Shown here in pieces: positions 61,053 through 64,000 of a stretch of DNA of 64,000 bases; positions within the stretch are counted from its first letter, which is position 1, and every line of letters starts with the position of its first letter. Below the pieces are notes generated by a model. It was given only the letters and a program-made list of their open reading frames with translations. It was not told the origin of the DNA and did not search any database. Made by a program: the position numbers and the translations under genes. The stretch lies in assembly GCA_964275345.1 (NCBI GenBank), contig CAXYBK010000002.1, positions 6,684 to 70,683 on the forward strand, written 5' to 3'. This DNA comes from an uncultured SAR86 cluster bacterium. Lineage in GTDB: Bacteria; Pseudomonadota; Gammaproteobacteria; Magnimaribacterales; D2472.

Positions 61053-62324
61053 TTGAAAAACTTTTTTAAAAAATCTTTCTTTTTTACTTTTATATGTTTG
61101 ATGCCTTTTAGCTTGTCCGCACAAGAAGACATTAATAGTACAAATCATATTCAATCTATAGTTTTGGGGTCTGGTTGTTTTTGGGGAGCTGAAAAGGGTT
61201 ACGAAGCAATTCCAGGAGTCATTAGTGCTATTTCAGGTTATGCGGATGGCTCAGGAGTCAAACCAAATTATAGAGCTATCACCCAGTTAAAGAATAGAAT
61301 GAATCCGAATAATCATGCTGAGGTTGTAAAGGTTATTTTTAATTCTCAATTAATTAATGTTGAGGATTTATTGCAACACTATTATGAAAGCCACGATCCA
61401 ACTCAGCTTAATAGACAAGGAAATGACATAGGCACTCAATACAGGTCTATTATTTTGTATGAAAATGATGACCAGAAAAAAGCTGTAAGCAAAGTAACTG
61501 ATACTTTTCAAAAACTATTAACAGATTCTGGTTATGGTCAGATTAAAACTGTAATTAAAGAACTTGAGAAGTTTTATGATGCTGAAGAATATCATCAAGA
61601 CTATATAGCCAAAAACCCTAATGGATATTGTCCTGATCATTCAACAGGAATTAAATTTAATGCAAATAACCAAATTGCTAAATTAGATAACAGTATGCTT
61701 AAAGAGGGCAAACAGATAGTCATCATAGAACCAGAAGGCTATTGCCCATATTGTGAAAGCTTCAAAGAGGATGTCGCAAAAGATTATAAGGGTAGTATCA
61801 GCATGTCATTTCGTTTAGCAACTAATTTACAAGATCTAGAAATTAAAACACCAACATGGGCTACGCCTACAATTTTATTTTTAGAGGATGGCGTTGAGGT
61901 CTTTGGTTATCAGGGATACCTTGAGCCTGAAGAATTTTATAGATATTTTGGTGCTTTTAAATTAGGAAAAAGCGAAGCTTATAATGTGGCATTTAATGAA
62001 GGCACAGATGCAAGATTCTGCCAAGAGTATGAAATTTTTAAGAATACTCCTGATGGAATATTTATAGATAAATTAAGTGGAGCTGCTTTATTTGATACAA
62101 GAGATAGATTTAATTCTTCATCTGGCTGGCTCTCTTTTACCAGACCAGTTCAAGACTCAACATATGAGCTTGCGGATAATAGCTATGGAATGCGAAGAAC
62201 AGAAATAAGATCTAAGAGTTCAGGTATTCACCTTGGCCATGTATTTCCCGATGGACCAAATGGAATGCCTAGATATTGTATTAACGCAACGGTTTTGGAA
62301 TTTGTTTTAAGAAAAAATATATAA
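61053..62324 (+). CDS. msrAB: Exported MsrA-thioredoxin-like-MsrB fusion
   Basis: Signal-like N-terminus from TTG 61053 (GGAGG at 61036); GCFWG, AEEYHQDY, GYCP (MsrA); CPYC...TPT (Trx fold); SGWLSF, HLGHVF.DGP, RYCIN (MsrB). Confidence 0.88.
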   Translation: MKNFFKKSFFFTFICLMPFSLSAQEDINSTNHIQSIVLGSGCFWGAEKGYEAIPGVISAISGYADGSGVKPNYRAITQLKNRMNPNNHAEVVKVIFNSQLINVEDLLQHYYESHDPTQLNRQGNDIGTQYRSIILYENDDQKKAVSKVTDTFQKLLTDSGYGQIKTVIKELEKFYDAEEYHQDYIAKNPNGYCPDHSTGIKFNANNQIAKLDNSMLKEGKQIVIIEPEGYCPYCESFKEDVAKDYKGSISMSFRLATNLQDLEIKTPTWATPTILFLEDGVEVFGYQGYLEPEEFYRYFGAFKLGKSEAYNVAFNEGTDARFCQEYEIFKNTPDGIFIDKLSGAALFDTRDRFNSSSGWLSFTRPVQDSTYELADNSYGMRRTEIRSKSSGIHLGHVFPDGPNGMPRYCINATVLEFVLRKNI

Positions 62325-62355
62325 CTTTAAAAATATATCTATATATAATTATTGC

Positions 62356-62832
62356 ATGAATAATCAAGATAAATTTATTAAGGCTCTTAGAAATTTAGCA
62401 TATCCTGTATGCATTATTTCTAATGCTGAAAATGGTAATAAGAATGCTATAACAGTATCCTCTATGACTTCTCTTTCTATTGATCCAGCATCTTTATTGG
62501 CATGTATAAACAAATCAGCAAGCATTCATGGAACTCTAAAAAATGGTCATCTGGTTAATGTAAATTTATTAAGTTCTTCTCAACAAGAGATTTCAACAAT
62601 CTGCAGCTCTAGTGATTTAGATGTTAGTAGGTTTGACAATGACCATTGGTCTTATGATGAAAATCAAACTCCTTTTCTCAGTGATTCTCAGGCAATAATA
62701 GGATGTAAGATTGAAGAGATGGTAGATTATGCAACTCACTCAATCTTAATTTTATCCATAGAGAACGTTATTTTAAATAGTGAAGAGCCTGACCCATTAC
62801 TCTATTGTAATGGCGACTATTTGAAGCTTTAA
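62356..62832 (+). CDS. Flavin reductase family protein
   Basis: AITVSS.TSLSIDP.SLL.CIN, THSI, PLLY..G.Y. Confidence 0.9.
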   Translation: MNNQDKFIKALRNLAYPVCIISNAENGNKNAITVSSMTSLSIDPASLLACINKSASIHGTLKNGHLVNVNLLSSSQQEISTICSSSDLDVSRFDNDHWSYDENQTPFLSDSQAIIGCKIEEMVDYATHSILILSIENVILNSEEPDPLLYCNGDYLKL

Positions 62833-62842
62833 AATTTAGTCT

Positions 62843-64000
62843 TTATTCGTCTAATAGCGAAACAACTCTTTCATAAGCCACTGCAAACTCTTCTTTAAAT
62901 TTTTGGACGGTCTGTCCGGCTGAAATAGTCTCATCAACTAATCCAATTCCCTGGCCAACCCAATAGGTTGCAAGTTCTTTAGCACCTTCATGACCAATTT
63001 CAGCTTGCTTATTAACTACAGCTAAAGCTGGCTCACTAATCATAGTTTGAAGTGGCATAGGTAGAGGCTCAGGAGCATCTTTAGATTCCCAGGCATCTGT
63101 CCAAGCAGATTTGAGTTGTCTTGAATGTTTACCAGTTCTACTTCGGGATCTTACAGTTTGACTTGATGAAGCATTTACCATTTTTTCCTTAATTACTTCT
63201 GATGTTTCGGCTTCTGTTGTCGGAAGGAATACCGAGGCACACCAAACCCCATCAGCACCCATAGCCATAACTCCTGCCATCTGCTCTCCAGTTGCTATAC
63301 CCCCTGCTGCAAGTATTGGAATATCACCATGCTCTTGAATTGCTCTTTTAACCTCTGGTACCAGCACCATTGTAGAAACACTGCCACAGTGACCACCACC
63401 TTCAGTTCCAGAAACTACCAAGATATCAACTCCAGCTTGAACCTGTTTAATAGCATGCTCTTTAGCACCTAATAGCGCCGCAACTTTAACATTATTCTCT
63501 TTACCCATATCAAGCATCCATTTTGGCGGAACTCCTAATGCATTTGCTATTAGTTGAATAGGGTGAGAAAAAGCAACTTCTAAAAGTTTTTGTGCGCCAT
63601 CTTGTCGTAAGTTTTTACCAAATCTAGAATCAGAGGCTAGTTCAATATTTTTAGCCTCACTACCGCCTCTTAAAATTTCACCATCAACATCATATTGCTT
63701 CAGCACATCAGCTCTAAAATCTCTATATTCTTGAGGAATCATATTTCTTAAATCTTCAGAAGTTTTATTTGAACCTTTTCCTTCAAATTTATTAGGTACC
63801 AATAAGTCCACGCCATATGGCATACCATCAATGTGCTCATCAATCCATTTTAAGTCTTGCTCAAGCATTTCAGGAGTATGTCCAACTGCGCCTAAGACAC
63901 CCATTCCTCCAGCTTTTGAGACGGCAACAACAACATCCCTGCAATGGCTAAATGCAACCATTGGAAATTCTATATCAAACATTTCACAAATTGGTGATTT
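62843..64000 (-). CDS. Nitronate monooxygenase family flavoprotein (start just beyond window edge)
   Basis: AFSHCRDVVVAVSKAGGMGVLG, GTEGGGHCG, LAAGGI; frame open to 64000 (KSPICEMFD...). Confidence 0.88.
   Translation of the reverse strand, partial: KSPICEMFDIEFPMVAFSHCRDVVVAVSKAGGMGVLGAVGHTPEMLEQDLKWIDEHIDGMPYGVDLLVPNKFEGKGSNKTSEDLRNMIPQEYRDFRADVLKQYDVDGEILRGGSEAKNIELASDSRFGKNLRQDGAQKLLEVAFSHPIQLIANALGVPPKWMLDMGKENNVKVAALLGAKEHAIKQVQAGVDILVVSGTEGGGHCGSVSTMVLVPEVKRAIQEHGDIPILAAGGIATGEQMAGVMAMGADGVWCASVFLPTTEAETSEVIKEKMVNASSSQTVRSRSRTGKHSRQLKSAWTDAWESKDAPEPLPMPLQTMISEPALAVVNKQAEIGHEGAKELATYWVGQGIGLVDETISAGQTVQKFKEEFAVAYERVVSLLDE

Overview
AT-rich, very gene-dense 64 kb bacterial chromosome segment. 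Short or overlapping intergenic spaces and the gene content (photolyase, TonB receptors, many lipid/isoprenoid catabolism genes, DmdA-like protein) suggest a streamlined marine gammaproteobacterium such as SAR86; this is inference, not a database result. About 60 CDSs; no rRNA, tRNA, CRISPR array, integrase or transposase was recognised. Main blocks: a putative ulosonic-acid glycan cluster (274-5502); phrB, fhs, fumC, guaB, guaA; an integrase-less tandem island at the guaA 3' end (15866-21039) with three att-core copies and an attP-like junction; a purine salvage module with a sigma54-type promoter (22540-26994); a metal-uptake locus (31057-34042); an ether-lipid/fatty-acid catabolic run (38579-45518); an atu-like isoprenoid cluster with a paired acyl-CoA dehydrogenase (51231-60324); and an MsrA-thioredoxin-MsrB fusion. 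The strongest novelty candidate is the metal-uptake locus: a His-rich CxxC/RAPP leader ORF whose arrest-motif codons can base-pair with the Shine-Dalgarno of the downstream ZnuD-like TonB receptor. Three single-base frameshifts look like sequencing errors.
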